Assembly (NCBI GenBank): GCA_023399275.1
Contig: JAEWQH010000117.1
Span: forward strand, 2,943 to 66,942
From: Bacillota bacterium
GTDB lineage: Bacteria; Bacillota; Clostridia; Christensenellales; CAG-138
Direction: 5' to 3'
DNA length: 64,000 nt
The first letter of the stretch is position 1, and each line of letters begins with the position of its first letter. The notes beneath the pieces are model-generated. The model was not told the DNA's origin. It did no database searches and worked only from the letters and a program-made list of their open reading frames with translations. Position numbers and translations under genes: made by a program. Shown here one piece after another: positions 16,785-27,397 of the stretch.

Positions 16785-17675
16785 ATGTTGGAGTTTTCAA
16801 AGATAACGATTCAAAACGCGCCAGAGCTGAAACCATACCTGGATGTTCAACCATTTCGCAGCTGCGACTATACGCTTGGCGCCGTATTCCAGTGGCGCGC
16901 GTATTTCCACTCCGCCTATGCCATCGTCGCCGGCATGCTTGTCATGCTTGCGACCTACCCCGGCGAGGGCGTTTGTTTTGTGTTTCCGGTCGGCGGAGGG
17001 GATCTCGTCGCCGCGCTGGATGCCATCGAGGCGCACGCACGGGAGACCGGCATGCCGCTGCGCTTCTGCGCCGTACCGAAGGAAGGCGTGGAACCGCTTT
17101 GCGCGCGCTACGGTTCGCGCGCGGTGGTCTCCACCCACCGCGACTGGGCGGACTATCTCTACAACGCAGGCGATCTGATGGATTTCCCGGGCAAGAAGTA
17201 TCACACCCAACGAAACCACCTCAATCGTTTCTGCAAGGATAACCCGAGCGCGGTGTTCGTGCCGGTGACGAAGGAGACGCTGCCGGCCGCCATAGCGTTT
17301 CTCGACGAATACGAGCAGCACGCGCCGCTCGACAAAGTGATCGAAGCCGAGGAGATGAAGCGCGCCAAAGAGCTGCTGGCGGACTCGCTCGTGCTCGGGC
17401 AGAAGGCCGGCTACATCGAGGTCGGCGGAACCATCGTGGCGCTCTCCGTGGGCGAGATCGTCGGCGATACGCTGTATTGTCATGTGGAGAAGGCGCGCGT
17501 GGATTATGCGGGCTCCTATCAGGCGATCGTCTCCTGGTTTGCCAAGTACGCCGCGCAGGCGGATACCTGCTACATCAACCGCGAGGACGACTCCGGCGAA
17601 GAGCGGCTACGCTACTCCAAGCTCGCATACCGGCCGATCTGCATGATCGACAAATACTGGGTCAATATCGAATGA
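16785..17675 (+). CDS. DUF2156 / MprF C-terminal-like (GNAT-fold) protein
   Basis: The motifs CDYTLGAVFQWR and KKYHTQRNHLNRF are characteristic of the family. The start is set at the ATG at 16785. Confidence 0.6.
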   Translation: MLEFSKITIQNAPELKPYLDVQPFRSCDYTLGAVFQWRAYFHSAYAIVAGMLVMLATYPGEGVCFVFPVGGGDLVAALDAIEAHARETGMPLRFCAVPKEGVEPLCARYGSRAVVSTHRDWADYLYNAGDLMDFPGKKYHTQRNHLNRFCKDNPSAVFVPVTKETLPAAIAFLDEYEQHAPLDKVIEAEEMKRAKELLADSLVLGQKAGYIEVGGTIVALSVGEIVGDTLYCHVEKARVDYAGSYQAIVSWFAKYAAQADTCYINREDDSGEERLRYSKLAYRPICMIDKYWVNIE

Positions 17676-17735
17676 GACGCACCCCGCAAGGGGATTCTCC
17701 TGGGATATCACAGCAAAAATTGAGGGGGTTGAGCC

Positions 17736-18521
17736 GTGAAGAGTGCAAGGGATTTTCGCCAAACCGCGTGGGATACGCTGCGCGGGCGCTACTGGTGGGC
17801 GGTACTCGCCGCGCTGATCGCCATCGTGCTCGGCGGCCAGAGCGGCCAGAGCCCGATCCGGTTTGAGTTTTCGGATCTGGATCTCGACAACATCCGGTAT
17901 TATGCGCAGCGGGCCATTGAGGGGCGGCTCGACCTGCAAGTCGTTCAATCCGCCCTGCTGCCAATCGGCGGCATCATCGCGGCGCTGGGTTCAATCGCGT
18001 TCGTCTACGCCGTCGGCATCTTCATCGTAGGCGGCGCGGTGGAACTGGGGTACGATCTCTTCAACCTCTCGCTTTACGAAAGTCACGACGCGCCGCGGAT
18101 CGAGACGCTGTTTTCGCGCTTCTCCATCTTCGGCCAGGCGTTGCTGCTGCGCCTTCTGATGGCGATCAAGATCTTCCTCTGGTCGCTGCTGTTCATCATC
18201 CCCGGCATCATCGCCGCGTACCGCTACGCCATGGCGCCGTATCTGATGGCTGAGAACCCCAATCTTTCGGCGACGGACGCCATCGATCGATCCAAAGAGA
18301 TGATGTATGGCCACAAATCGCGGCTCTTCTGGCTGCAGCTGAGCTTTATCGGCTGGTTTTTGCTCTCTGCGCTGACGGGCGGCATCGGCTTTATCTTCCT
18401 TTCTCCGTATACGAAAGCCGCCGAGACCGCCTTCTATCTCGATCTCTCCGGCAGATTGGAGCGGCCCGCTGCTTCATCCGGCCAGCACGCGGAGGAAGGC
18501 GGCGGCCGAGAGTTTATCTGA
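17736..18521 (+). CDS. DUF975 family integral membrane protein
   Basis: The N-terminus (ARDFRQTAWDTLRGRYWWAVLAALI) and a multi-TM body (IIPGIIAAYRYAMAPYLMAENP) fit the family. Confidence 0.7.
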   Translation: MKSARDFRQTAWDTLRGRYWWAVLAALIAIVLGGQSGQSPIRFEFSDLDLDNIRYYAQRAIEGRLDLQVVQSALLPIGGIIAALGSIAFVYAVGIFIVGGAVELGYDLFNLSLYESHDAPRIETLFSRFSIFGQALLLRLLMAIKIFLWSLLFIIPGIIAAYRYAMAPYLMAENPNLSATDAIDRSKEMMYGHKSRLFWLQLSFIGWFLLSALTGGIGFIFLSPYTKAAETAFYLDLSGRLERPAASSGQHAEEGGGREFI

Positions 18522-18544
18522 TCCCCCCCCCATCGATACCGCCC

Positions 18545-18580
18545 AAACGCCCCGCCGCATGTTTGCGGCGGGGCGTTTTA
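18545..18580. terminator. bidirectional terminator between DUF975 and glgA
   Basis: ACGCCCCGCCGC pairs with GCGGCGGGGCGT in a 12 bp perfect stem, followed by TTTTAT on the plus strand. Confidence 0.7.
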
Positions 18581-18592
18581 TCGATGCTCTGT

Positions 18593-20110
18593 TTAGACCT
18601 TCGGCGTTTTTTCCTGCGGCGGCGCGCCGCTGTCCTGCGGATCACAGGCGGACGCCTGCCGCTTTCGCATCGCGCGGGGCAGCATGCTCTCATACAGCGC
18701 GACATATGCGCGCGCGGGCTTCTCCCAGTCAAAGCGCTCCGCCATGCCGCGCAGCATCAGCCTGCGCCACATATCCTTATCCTCGCTCCAGTAGTTCACC
18801 GCGCGCTCGATGGTATAAAGCATCTCGTGCGCGTTGTAGTTGGCAAACGAGAACCCGTTTCCCTCGTCGGTATACAAATTATACGGCACGATGGTATCCC
18901 GCAATCCGCCCGTCTCGCGCACGATCGGCACGCAGCCATAGCGCAGCGCGATCATCTGGCTCAGGCCGCACGGCTCAAACTGGGACGGCATGAGAAACAG
19001 GTCCGCCCCCGCGTAGATGCGGTGCGCAAGCCCTTCGTCGAGCTCGATGCGCGCGTGCACGCGCTTTGGATAGCGCCAGTTTGCCCAGTTCAGCAGATCC
19101 ACAAACCGGCGGTCTCCCTTGCCGAGGAACACCATCTGCACATCGCCGCGCATGATGTCTCCAAGCACGCGCTCCACCAGATCCAGCCCCTTCTGCGGGG
19201 AAAGCCGCGCAATCATGCCGATGAGCGGCACATCGTCCCGCTCCTCCAGGCCGCACTCGCGCTGCAGCGCGCGCTTGCAGGCGCGCTTGCCCTCGAGCGA
19301 ATCCGCGTCGAAGTGGTGCGCCAAAAAGCGGTCGTCCAACGGGTTGAAGATGCTGTAGTCGAGTCCGTTGAGAATGCCGCTGAGCGTATTCTCCCGCGCG
19401 CGCAGCAGCCCGTCGAGATTTTCCCCAAAGAACGGGGTTTTTATCTCCTCGGCATAGGTCGGGCTCACTGTACAAAGCCGGTCGGAGAACACCAATCCGC
19501 CCTTCATGCAGCTGATACAGCCGTAGAACTCCATGTATTCGTAGGTAAAGTAGCGATCGTCCAGCCCCAGCCTGCCCGCGATCTCACGCCAGGAGAAGAG
19601 CCCCTGATACTTGAGATTGTGGATCGAAAACACCGTCTTGATGCGCGCATAACCGGCGTCCGCGGCATACTGCGTCTTGAGCAGCGCTGCAATCAGCCCC
19701 GTCTGCCAGTCGTTGAGGTGCAGCACGTCAGGAAAGAAGTCCATGCGCGGCAGCGCCTCCAGCACCGCACGGCAGAAAAACGCAAAGCGCAGCCCCTCCG
19801 TGATACCGTCTCCGTAGATTTCCGAAACGCCAAAGTGCGCCTCGTTGTCCACAAAATAATACGTCACTCCGTTGTCGTCCACGCGCTCGATGCCGCAGTA
19901 GAGCGTCTCCCAGCCGAAGAGCACGTCAAAGTGGCAAACGTGCTCCATACGGTTCTTCCAGTAGTCGTCGATCGCGCGGTACTTCGGCAGGATCACGCGC
20001 ACATCATGCCCCAACCCCGCGAGCGCAACGGGCAGCGCGCCGGCCACGTCGGCCAGCCCGCCGGTCTTGACAAACGGCACGCATTCGCTCGCGCAGAACA
20101 GCACTTTCAT
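18593..20110 (-). CDS. glgA: glycogen synthase
   Basis: MKVLFCASECVPFVKTGGLADV is the canonical N-terminus. The start at the ATG at 20110 follows GGGAGG. Confidence 0.93.
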   Translation of the reverse strand: MKVLFCASECVPFVKTGGLADVAGALPVALAGLGHDVRVILPKYRAIDDYWKNRMEHVCHFDVLFGWETLYCGIERVDDNGVTYYFVDNEAHFGVSEIYGDGITEGLRFAFFCRAVLEALPRMDFFPDVLHLNDWQTGLIAALLKTQYAADAGYARIKTVFSIHNLKYQGLFSWREIAGRLGLDDRYFTYEYMEFYGCISCMKGGLVFSDRLCTVSPTYAEEIKTPFFGENLDGLLRARENTLSGILNGLDYSIFNPLDDRFLAHHFDADSLEGKRACKRALQRECGLEERDDVPLIGMIARLSPQKGLDLVERVLGDIMRGDVQMVFLGKGDRRFVDLLNWANWRYPKRVHARIELDEGLAHRIYAGADLFLMPSQFEPCGLSQMIALRYGCVPIVRETGGLRDTIVPYNLYTDEGNGFSFANYNAHEMLYTIERAVNYWSEDKDMWRRLMLRGMAERFDWEKPARAYVALYESMLPRAMRKRQASACDPQDSGAPPQEKTPKV

Positions 20111-20233
20111 CTTTCCATATCCTCCCGGGAAAAACCATTGTTCGCCGCGCCCCGCGCGGTCGGATGCGGTCGCAAAGCAGAGGGGCAATCCCCCGCCGCA
20201 CGTGCGGACAAGGCCGCGCGCAAGGCGGCCAAA

Positions 20234-21358
20234 CTAAATCGTCGTGCCTTTTTTGAGGATGATCGGGAAGCCGTCGTAGCCGGTGAGCGTCCGCCCTTCC
20301 CTCACCACAACGCCCTTATCGAGTATGACGTGATCCATCACGCAGTTTTCGCCGATGGTGACGCCCTGCATGAGGATGCTGTTTTTTACGACCGCACCCT
20401 TTTTGATGCCGACGCCGCGAAAGACGATGCTGTTTTCCACCGTTCCGTCGATCTGGCAGCCATCCGCCACCATGGCGTTTCTGACCGCCGCGTTTTCGCC
20501 GTACTTTGCGCTGACCTCGTCCTTGACCTTTGTGTAGATCGGGTGCGCAGGGCAGAAGAGATCGTCCCGCGTTTCCTTTTGCAGCAGGGCGAGGTTATAG
20601 CGGAAGAAGTCGTTTACCGAGTCCAGGCGCGCCACGTATCCGTCGTATCGATAGCCCATGATCTTGAGCGTCTGGCACTTCTTGAGCAGGATGTCGCGCG
20701 TTAAATCATAGTCCCCGTGGGAATACGCCTCCTCGACGAGGTACTCCAGAAGAAGCTTATCCATGATCATCACGTCGCAGCTTCTGTGGGTCGAGCGCGG
20801 CGAGAATGGATTGAGCTCCATCTCGGTGACGCGCCCGCTTTCGTCCAGCAACAGGCGCAGATCCTGATTCTGTTCCTCGTCGACCGCACTCTGCGCCTCG
20901 TTGTAGAGCATGGTGATGTTCGCGCGCGTGTCGACATGCCGCGCGATCATGTCGTTGAACGTCATGTTGAAGATCGTGTGGCTGCCGGTCAGTATGACGT
21001 ACTGCTGCGGGTTGCGGCGCACGTAGCCGAGGCAGGAGCGGATCGCATCCACACTGCCGCGGTAGAGGCCGGTGTTTTCCTTGGTCATAAACGGCGGCAG
21101 CATGAAGAGGCCCTCGCGCTTTCTGTGCAGGTCCCATTCCTTGCCCGCGCCGAGGTGATCCATCAGCGAATGGTAGTTTTTCTGCGTGATGAGCCCGACG
21201 CTGGTCACCCCCGAGTTGACCAGGTCGGAGAGAATGAAATCGATGCAGCGGTAGCGCCCGCCAAACGGCACCGCCGCGACCGAGCGCGAGAGCGCCAGAT
21301 CGCGCAGCATCGGATTGGTTTCGCCCGTGTAGATGAGGCCAAACGCATTACTTGTCAT
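20234..21358 (-). CDS. glgD: glucose-1-phosphate adenylyltransferase, GlgD regulatory subunit
   Basis: It is a GlgC paralog that lacks the GGxGxRL loop ([22 protein letters not shown]). It lies between glgC and glgA, as in other Firmicutes. Confidence 0.88.
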   Translation of the reverse strand: MTSNAFGLIYTGETNPMLRDLALSRSVAAVPFGGRYRCIDFILSDLVNSGVTSVGLITQKNYHSLMDHLGAGKEWDLHRKREGLFMLPPFMTKENTGLYRGSVDAIRSCLGYVRRNPQQYVILTGSHTIFNMTFNDMIARHVDTRANITMLYNEAQSAVDEEQNQDLRLLLDESGRVTEMELNPFSPRSTHRSCDVMIMDKLLLEYLVEEAYSHGDYDLTRDILLKKCQTLKIMGYRYDGYVARLDSVNDFFRYNLALLQKETRDDLFCPAHPIYTKVKDEVSAKYGENAAVRNAMVADGCQIDGTVENSIVFRGVGIKKGAVVKNSILMQGVTIGENCVMDHVILDKGVVVREGRTLTGYDGFPIILKKGTTI

Positions 21359-22577
21359 AGCATTTTCCTCCGCATGCGTCTTCCGTTGCGACCGTGCCCT
21401 GCGGCAGATATGCCTCCGGCTGGATGCCGATGTCGTTGCCTACGAGCGTGATCGTGCCGGTAAGCGAATTGTCCACCTCGTCTCCCAGGCGCAGCTCGCC
21501 GCCGATGATCGCCTCCTCGCCGATGACGGAGTTTTCGCCGACGATGGCCTTGTAAACCTTCGCCCCGCTGCGGATGATCGCGCCGGGGAAGATGACAGAA
21601 TCGTACACCTCGGCGCCCTCCTCAACCAGCACGTTGGAGAAGAGCACGCTGTGGTGCACCTTGCCCTCCACGCGGCACCCCTCCGTCACCAGACTCTGCG
21701 TAACGGTTGCATGCGCGCCGACATAGTGCGGCGGCATGATGGGGTTGCGGCTGTAGATCCTCCACTGCGGGTCGTTGAGCACGAGCTTGGGCGGCGTCGC
21801 GATGATATCCATATTCGCCTCCCAAAGGCTCTGGATCGTTCCGACGTCCTTCCAGTACCCCTTAAACGGATAGGCGTACACCGCCTGCCCGCTCTCGATG
21901 ATAGCGGGTATGATATCCTTGCCAAAGTCGTTAGTCGAATTCGGGTTCTCATCGTCCTCGGCCATGCATTGCTTCAGCGCGCGCCAGTTGAAGATATAGA
22001 TGCCCATCGAGGCCTTGTTGGACTTCGGCTGCCTCGGTTTTTCTTCAAACGAAACGACGCGCTCTTCATCGTCGGTGTTCATGATGCCAAAGCGGTGCGC
22101 CTCCTCCATGGGCACCGGAAGAACCGCAATGGTCGCCACCGCGCCCTTTTCGATGTGGAAGCGCAGCATCGCGCCGTAGTCCATCTTGTAGATATGGTCG
22201 CCCGAGAGGATGAGCACATAGTCCGGGTTGTACTGGTCCACAAACTCGCGGTTTTGATAGATCGCGTTCGCAGTGCCGGTGTACCAGCGGCCGTCCACCC
22301 CCGTCACATACGGCGGCAGCACAAACACGCCGCCGTTCATGCGGTCGAGGTCCCAGTGCTGGCCGGTGCCGATGTAGCTGTTGAGCGCGAGCGGGCGATA
22401 CTGTGTCAGCACGCCTACGGTGTCGATATCCGAGTTAACGCAGTTGCTCAGCGGAAAATCGATGATGCGGTATTTGCCGCCAAACGGCACCGCGGGCTTT
22501 GCCATGCTGGATGTGAGCACGCCGAGGCGGCTGCCCTGTCCGCCGGCGAGAAGCATGGCTACCATCCGTTTCTTCAT
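21348..22577 (-). CDS. glgC: glucose-1-phosphate adenylyltransferase
   Basis: The N-terminus reads [37 protein letters not shown]. Confidence 0.93.
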   Translation of the reverse strand: MKKRMVAMLLAGGQGSRLGVLTSSMAKPAVPFGGKYRIIDFPLSNCVNSDIDTVGVLTQYRPLALNSYIGTGQHWDLDRMNGGVFVLPPYVTGVDGRWYTGTANAIYQNREFVDQYNPDYVLILSGDHIYKMDYGAMLRFHIEKGAVATIAVLPVPMEEAHRFGIMNTDDEERVVSFEEKPRQPKSNKASMGIYIFNWRALKQCMAEDDENPNSTNDFGKDIIPAIIESGQAVYAYPFKGYWKDVGTIQSLWEANMDIIATPPKLVLNDPQWRIYSRNPIMPPHYVGAHATVTQSLVTEGCRVEGKVHHSVLFSNVLVEEGAEVYDSVIFPGAIIRSGAKVYKAIVGENSVIGEEAIIGGELRLGDEVDNSLTGTITLVGNDIGIQPEAYLPQGTVATEDACGGKCYDK

Positions 22578-24490
22578 GCGTCGTCCTCCTGTTTCACCTC
22601 GGGTTTCGGCAGGGGTTTCGGGGTGATGCGGTAACAGACCGCGCCAAAAGGCGGCAGACGCAGGCGGATGCGGCAGGGGTGCTCTCCATACGGCTCATAC
22701 ACCGACATGGTCGGCGCGTTGGGGTAATCCCCCGTCCCGCCGTAATACGGCGCATCGCTGGAAAACACCTCGGTGTAGAGTCCGTAGCGCGGCACACCGA
22801 TCATGTAATCCAACCACGGCTGCGGGGTGAAGTTAAACGTCCAAAACAGCGCCTCACCATCCCGGTCCAGCCGCATAAACGACAGAATGGAGTGGATGTT
22901 GTCATCCACGCCACACCAGCGGAACCCTTCCCAGCTGTCGTCTATCTCAAACATCGGCGGGTTGTCGAGGTAGAAGTGGTTCAGATCGTGCACAAACAGC
23001 TGCATCTCGGCGTGCTTGGGGTATTCCAGCAAAAACCAGTCCAGTGAATCGTCAAACTTCCACTCGATATACTGCCCGAACTCGCCGCCCATGAACATGA
23101 GCTTTTTGCCAGGGTGCGCGTGCTGGTAGGCATAGAGCAGCCGCAGCTGCGCAAACTGCTGCCAGTAATCCCCCGGCATCTTGGAGAGCATGCTCTTTTT
23201 GCCGTGAACGACCTCGTCATGCGAAAACGGCAGCACGTAGTGCTCGGAAAACGCATAGCAAAGCGAAAACGTGAGTTTATCATGGTGATACTTGCGGTAG
23301 ATGCTGTCCATGCCCATATAGTCGAGCATGTCGTTCATCCAGCCCATGTTCCATTTGTAGACAAACCCCAGCCCGTCCTCCGAGACGGGGCGCGTTACAT
23401 AAGGATACGCGGAGCTCTCCTCGGCAAAGAGCATCTTGCCGCCGTCGAGGTTTCGCACCGCGGAGTTGAGCTTGCGAAAGAACGCGATCGCGTCCAGATT
23501 ATCGTGCCCGCCGTAGCGGTTCGGCAGCCATTCGCCCGGCTGCTTGCCAAAGTCGAGGTAGAGCATGGCGCTCACCGCGTCCACCCGCAGCCCGTCGAAA
23601 TGGTACTCCCGCAGCCAATATATGGCGCTGGAGATCAGGAAAGACTGCACCTGCGTCTGCTCAAAGTTGAACAACAGCGTGCCCCACTGGGGCATCTCGC
23701 TGCGGCGCGGATCCGGGTGCTCAAACAGCGGCGTGCCGTCGAAGAGGCGAAGCCCGTGCGCGTCGCGCGTGAAGTGCGCGGGGACCCAGTCCATGATCAC
23801 GCCGATGCCCGCGCTGTGCGCGCGGTCTACGAGATACATCAGCTCCTCCGGCTCGCCGTAGCGCGCCGTTGCCGCATAGTAACCCGTCACCTGGTAGCCC
23901 CAGCTCGGATCATACGGGTATTCCGTCAGCGGCATGACCTCGATGTGCGTGTAGCCCATGTCCACCACGTAGTCGATCAGCTCGTCCGCCAGTTCACGGT
24001 ATCCGAGCCCCTGCTTCCAACTGCCGAAGTGCACCTCGTAGATATTCATCGGCTGGCCGTAGGAATCACCCTGCTCCGCGCGGCAATCGAGGTATTCCCC
24101 GTCGCTCCACTCGTAGTACGGCATATCGCCAACGACCGAGGCCGTACCGTGTGCCTCTCCGCGGAAAGCGAAGGGATCCGCCTTGAGGATCACCTCGCCG
24201 GTGTTGGTTCCGATTGCGTATTTATACAGATCACCCGGCTGCGCCACGCCGATGGTCGCTTCCCAAACGCCGGTCATGCCGACGCGCTCCATCGGGTCCG
24301 CCTCCGCGTTCCAAAAATTGAAGGTACCGACCACGCTGATGAACTCCGCGTTCGGCGCCCATACGGAGAAGCGAAATACACGTTCCCCATACTCTCCGGT
24401 GCCTTCATGGCACCCCAACTCCAGATATGCCGCCGTGGAAACGCCGCGATTAAAGTAGTAGAGTGCTGTTTCGTCCGAAAATCTGCTCAT
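22574..24490 (-). CDS. glgB: 1,4-alpha-glucan branching enzyme (GH13)
   Basis: GH13 motifs are present ([32 protein letters not shown]). Confidence 0.93.
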   Translation of the reverse strand: MSRFSDETALYYFNRGVSTAAYLELGCHEGTGEYGERVFRFSVWAPNAEFISVVGTFNFWNAEADPMERVGMTGVWEATIGVAQPGDLYKYAIGTNTGEVILKADPFAFRGEAHGTASVVGDMPYYEWSDGEYLDCRAEQGDSYGQPMNIYEVHFGSWKQGLGYRELADELIDYVVDMGYTHIEVMPLTEYPYDPSWGYQVTGYYAATARYGEPEELMYLVDRAHSAGIGVIMDWVPAHFTRDAHGLRLFDGTPLFEHPDPRRSEMPQWGTLLFNFEQTQVQSFLISSAIYWLREYHFDGLRVDAVSAMLYLDFGKQPGEWLPNRYGGHDNLDAIAFFRKLNSAVRNLDGGKMLFAEESSAYPYVTRPVSEDGLGFVYKWNMGWMNDMLDYMGMDSIYRKYHHDKLTFSLCYAFSEHYVLPFSHDEVVHGKKSMLSKMPGDYWQQFAQLRLLYAYQHAHPGKKLMFMGGEFGQYIEWKFDDSLDWFLLEYPKHAEMQLFVHDLNHFYLDNPPMFEIDDSWEGFRWCGVDDNIHSILSFMRLDRDGEALFWTFNFTPQPWLDYMIGVPRYGLYTEVFSSDAPYYGGTGDYPNAPTMSVYEPYGEHPCRIRLRLPPFGAVCYRITPKPLPKPEVKQEDDA

Positions 24491-24577
24491 TGCTGCAACC
24501 CCCGGGTGTTACGCTGCGATATCGCCGTTGTTTGATCCTCGCCTTCGGCCCGCGCTGTGCCGCGCGGCCTTTTAGTC

Positions 24578-24586
24578 ATCATACCA
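24578..24586 (-). promoter_or_regulatory. extended -10 promoter candidate for glgBCDA
   Basis: The minus strand reads TGGTATGAT about 90 nt upstream of the glgB ATG. Confidence 0.35.
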
Positions 24587-24734
24587 TCATTTATCGGCAA
24601 AAGGAACAAGTATCTGCCCGATTGGCCGCAATGCAAGCGTATTTTACAGGGTGTTTACGTTTCCGCTCCCCGCCGCGGACGGAAAAAACCGGGCGGAGCA
24701 ATCGCGCTTTCCCGCCCCGAAGCGCAGGCGGATG

Positions 24735-24743
24735 TGGTATAAT
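24735..24743 (+). promoter_or_regulatory. extended -10 promoter candidate for the AEC transporter
   Basis: TGGTATAAT lies 55 nt upstream of the ATG at 24798. Confidence 0.45.
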
Positions 24744-24797
24744 GCATCCAATATCGCGCCGTTTCATCCGGCGCAGACTGCGAAAGCGGGATACCGA

Positions 24798-25736
24798 ATG
24801 GAGAACCTGATCCTTTCCTTCAACGTCGTCGCGCCCTTGATGATCTACATGCTCATCGGCGTGCTGCTGCGCAAAACCGGGACCGTCGACGAGCGCATCC
24901 TGCGCGGAGCGAACAACATCGTCTACTACGTCACGCTGCCGTTGATGTGCTACCGCGCCCTTGCCGCAAGCGACCTCGAAGCCATGTTCGACACGCCGTT
25001 TCTGCTGTATATGGCCGTCGGCATCCTATCCATCTACGCGCTCACCGCGCTGCTCGTGCCGGCTTTCTGCAAGGAGAACCGCCGGCGCGGCGTGCTCATC
25101 CTCGGCATCTTCCGCTCCAACGACGCCATCTTCGGCCTCGCCGTCGCCGCGGCGCTGCTGGGTGAGGACAACCTGGGCATGATGTCCATCGGCATCTCCC
25201 TCTGCGTGCCGCTCTACGGCATCCTCTCCGTTGTCGCAATGGAGCGCTACCGCGGCGAACGCGTCCGCTTTCACAAAGTGCTGCTGCGGGTGATCACCAA
25301 TCCCATCATGGTCGCGTGCTTTGCCGGCTTTGCGGCAAACCTGCTGAACGTAGTGCTGCCGCCGGTGCTGCAAAAGCCCGTAGACAGCCTCGCCGCCGCC
25401 ACAACGCCGCTGGCCTTTACGCTGCTTGGCGGCACGATCTCGTTTGACACCGTGAAGAAGAACCGCGCCGCTATCACGGCGGTCTCGCTGCTGCGGCTGC
25501 TGGTCATCCCGCTGGTCGTCGTCGGGGCGTTTTTGCTGCTCGGCTTTCGCGGGGAGTTCATCGTGGTCACGCTCATCATCTTCGGCGCGCCGGTCGCCAT
25601 GATCACCTATACGATGGCCGTCGGCATGCAGGCGGACGACGAACTGGCAGGCACGCTGGTTGCGATCACCAGCGTGCTGTCGATCGTCACGATGTTTCTG
25701 TTCATCTTTGCGCTCAAGCAGTTTGCGCTGATCTAA
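24798..25736 (+). CDS. AEC (auxin efflux carrier) family transporter
   Basis: The N-terminus (MENLILSFNVVAPLMIYMLIGVLLRK) and about 10 TM segments fit the family. The longer ORF start has no support. Confidence 0.8.
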   Translation: MENLILSFNVVAPLMIYMLIGVLLRKTGTVDERILRGANNIVYYVTLPLMCYRALAASDLEAMFDTPFLLYMAVGILSIYALTALLVPAFCKENRRRGVLILGIFRSNDAIFGLAVAAALLGEDNLGMMSIGISLCVPLYGILSVVAMERYRGERVRFHKVLLRVITNPIMVACFAGFAANLLNVVLPPVLQKPVDSLAAATTPLAFTLLGGTISFDTVKKNRAAITAVSLLRLLVIPLVVVGAFLLLGFRGEFIVVTLIIFGAPVAMITYTMAVGMQADDELAGTLVAITSVLSIVTMFLFIFALKQFALI

Positions 25737-25787
25737 GCGCCGCCGGGGTTTGCGGCCTATCAAGAATTCGGAAGTGAGGTCGGTATT

Positions 25788-26999
25788 TTGACAAAGCGTT
25801 TGTATGACCAGGATAGTCACCAAGCCGAAGCGGCGTCCCGCGTGCTCTCCTGCGCGCCCGCAGGGGACGGCTTCGACGTCGTGCTCGACCAGACCGTGTT
25901 TTTCCCCGAAGGCGGCGGCCAGCCTTCGGACACCGGCACGCTCGGCGACGCCGCGGTGTCCCACGTGCGCGAGGAGGGCGGCGAGATCTACCACCGCGTG
26001 AATCGCGCGCTGCCCGTCGGCGAGACGTTCGCGGGGCGGATCGACTGGGCACGAAGATTCGACTTCATGCAACAGCACACCGGCGAGCACCTGCTCTCGT
26101 TTTCGTTTTACGAGCTGTTCTCGGCGAGCAACGTCGGCTTTCATCTCGCGCCGGACTACGCAACCATCGACTTCGACCAACCCCTGCGTCATGACCAGAT
26201 AAAGGAAGCAGAGCTGCTGGCCAACCGCTTCGTCTGGAAGAACCTGCCTGTCCGGGCGACGTTTTACAGCGCGGAGGCGGACGTTGCACACCTGCCGCTG
26301 CGCAAGCACGCAGAAGGGCTTGTGCCACCGATTCGCATCGTCTCCATCGAAGGTGCGGATATGTGCACCTGCTGCGCGCCGCACTGCGCGCATACGGGCG
26401 AGATCGGCTCCGTCTTCATCGCGGACGCCTGCAGCTATAAGGGAGGCACGCGCATCACGTTTTTCTGCGGCGAACGGGCGCTCGCGCTGCATCGCGCGGA
26501 GCACGACGATCTCGACGCCGTCGCGCGGCGCTTCTCCTGCCGGCGCGAGCACGCCGCCGGCGCAGTAAAGAAGCTCTCGGACGATTACGGCGCGCTCAAG
26601 AAGAGCGAACGCGAGCTTGCCCGCGCGCTCAACGAATACATGGCGGCAGAGTTCCTCTCCGGCGCCGCGCCGGCGGGCAGATGCCGCGTGGTCGCGCGCC
26701 TGGTCTCGGGCGTGGACGCGGCGCGGCTCAAGGACCTCGCGCAGGCCTGCGGCGCCGAGCGGGCGCTCGTGCTGCTGCTGAGCGAGTACGACGGCCGCCT
26801 GCTCTACGTGCTCTTTGCCGGTGCGGGGTTCCCGCTGGACGTCTCCGAGCTCATGCCCGCGGTCAACGCGGCGCTTGGCGGCAAGGGCGGCGGGCGCGGC
26901 ACGCTCGCGCAGGGCACCGCCCCATCCGTCTCCGGCGCGGCCGAGGCGCTCGAGCAGCTAAAGACCTACTTCGTCCGGCGGCTTTCCGACGTAAAGTAG
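25788..26999 (+). CDS. alaX: alanyl-tRNA editing protein, AlaX-L type
   Basis: It has the tRNA_SAD editing motifs (FFPEGGGQPSD, QQHTGEHLLS, CCAPHC) and a DHHA1-like C-terminus (GGKGGGRGTLAQG). The TTG start follows GTGAGGT. Confidence 0.8.
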   Translation: MTKRLYDQDSHQAEAASRVLSCAPAGDGFDVVLDQTVFFPEGGGQPSDTGTLGDAAVSHVREEGGEIYHRVNRALPVGETFAGRIDWARRFDFMQQHTGEHLLSFSFYELFSASNVGFHLAPDYATIDFDQPLRHDQIKEAELLANRFVWKNLPVRATFYSAEADVAHLPLRKHAEGLVPPIRIVSIEGADMCTCCAPHCAHTGEIGSVFIADACSYKGGTRITFFCGERALALHRAEHDDLDAVARRFSCRREHAAGAVKKLSDDYGALKKSERELARALNEYMAAEFLSGAAPAGRCRVVARLVSGVDAARLKDLAQACGAERALVLLLSEYDGRLLYVLFAGAGFPLDVSELMPAVNAALGGKGGGRGTLAQGTAPSVSGAAEALEQLKTYFVRRLSDVK

Positions 27000-27026
27000 T
27001 CCGCCCATGCGACAGAATCGCACAAG

Positions 27027-27058
27027 AAAAATGCCCGCTTTCCAGCAGGCATTTTTTT
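27027..27058. terminator. bidirectional terminator
   Basis: ATGCCCGCT pairs with AGCAGGCAT, flanked by AAAAA on one side and TTTTTTT on the other, between convergent genes. Confidence 0.7.
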
Positions 27059-27073
27059 GACTTGTGTGTTCCC

Positions 27074-27256
27074 TTACAGGCCGCGGAACAGCGTTCCGAG
27101 CAGAAGCAGGCCGTATGCGGCGGTCATGACCCAGAAGTCGTACTGCCTGACAAAGCCGCCGATCACGGGGATCCCGATGAACTTGCTCAGAATCGCCAGC
27201 GCGGCGAGGATCAGCGCGATCAGCCAGATGATAAATTTCGGTGCGCTCAGTCTCAT
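27074..27256 (-). CDS. small two-TM membrane protein (60 aa)
   Basis: It has a GGAGGT RBS 8 nt before the ATG and two clear hydrophobic helices. Confidence 0.6.
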   Translation of the reverse strand: MRLSAPKFIIWLIALILAALAILSKFIGIPVIGGFVRQYDFWVMTAAYGLLLLGTLFRGL

Positions 27257-27397
27257 GAATCGATACCTCCCTGATGAATATGCTAAAATTGTAGCACACT
27301 CCCTGTCGCAGGACCGATTTTTGTCACATAGCGCCGTTAAATTGTATCAAACTGCCGAAATCGCCGGCTGTTATTCAAAACAAGCGGCTGTAGCGCG

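Noticed and set aside
18563-20704. A 713 aa plus-strand ORF across glgA and glgD.
   Set aside because: It is antisense to two well-supported glycogen genes. Its composition is low-complexity and rich in Arg, His and Ala, and it has no RBS.
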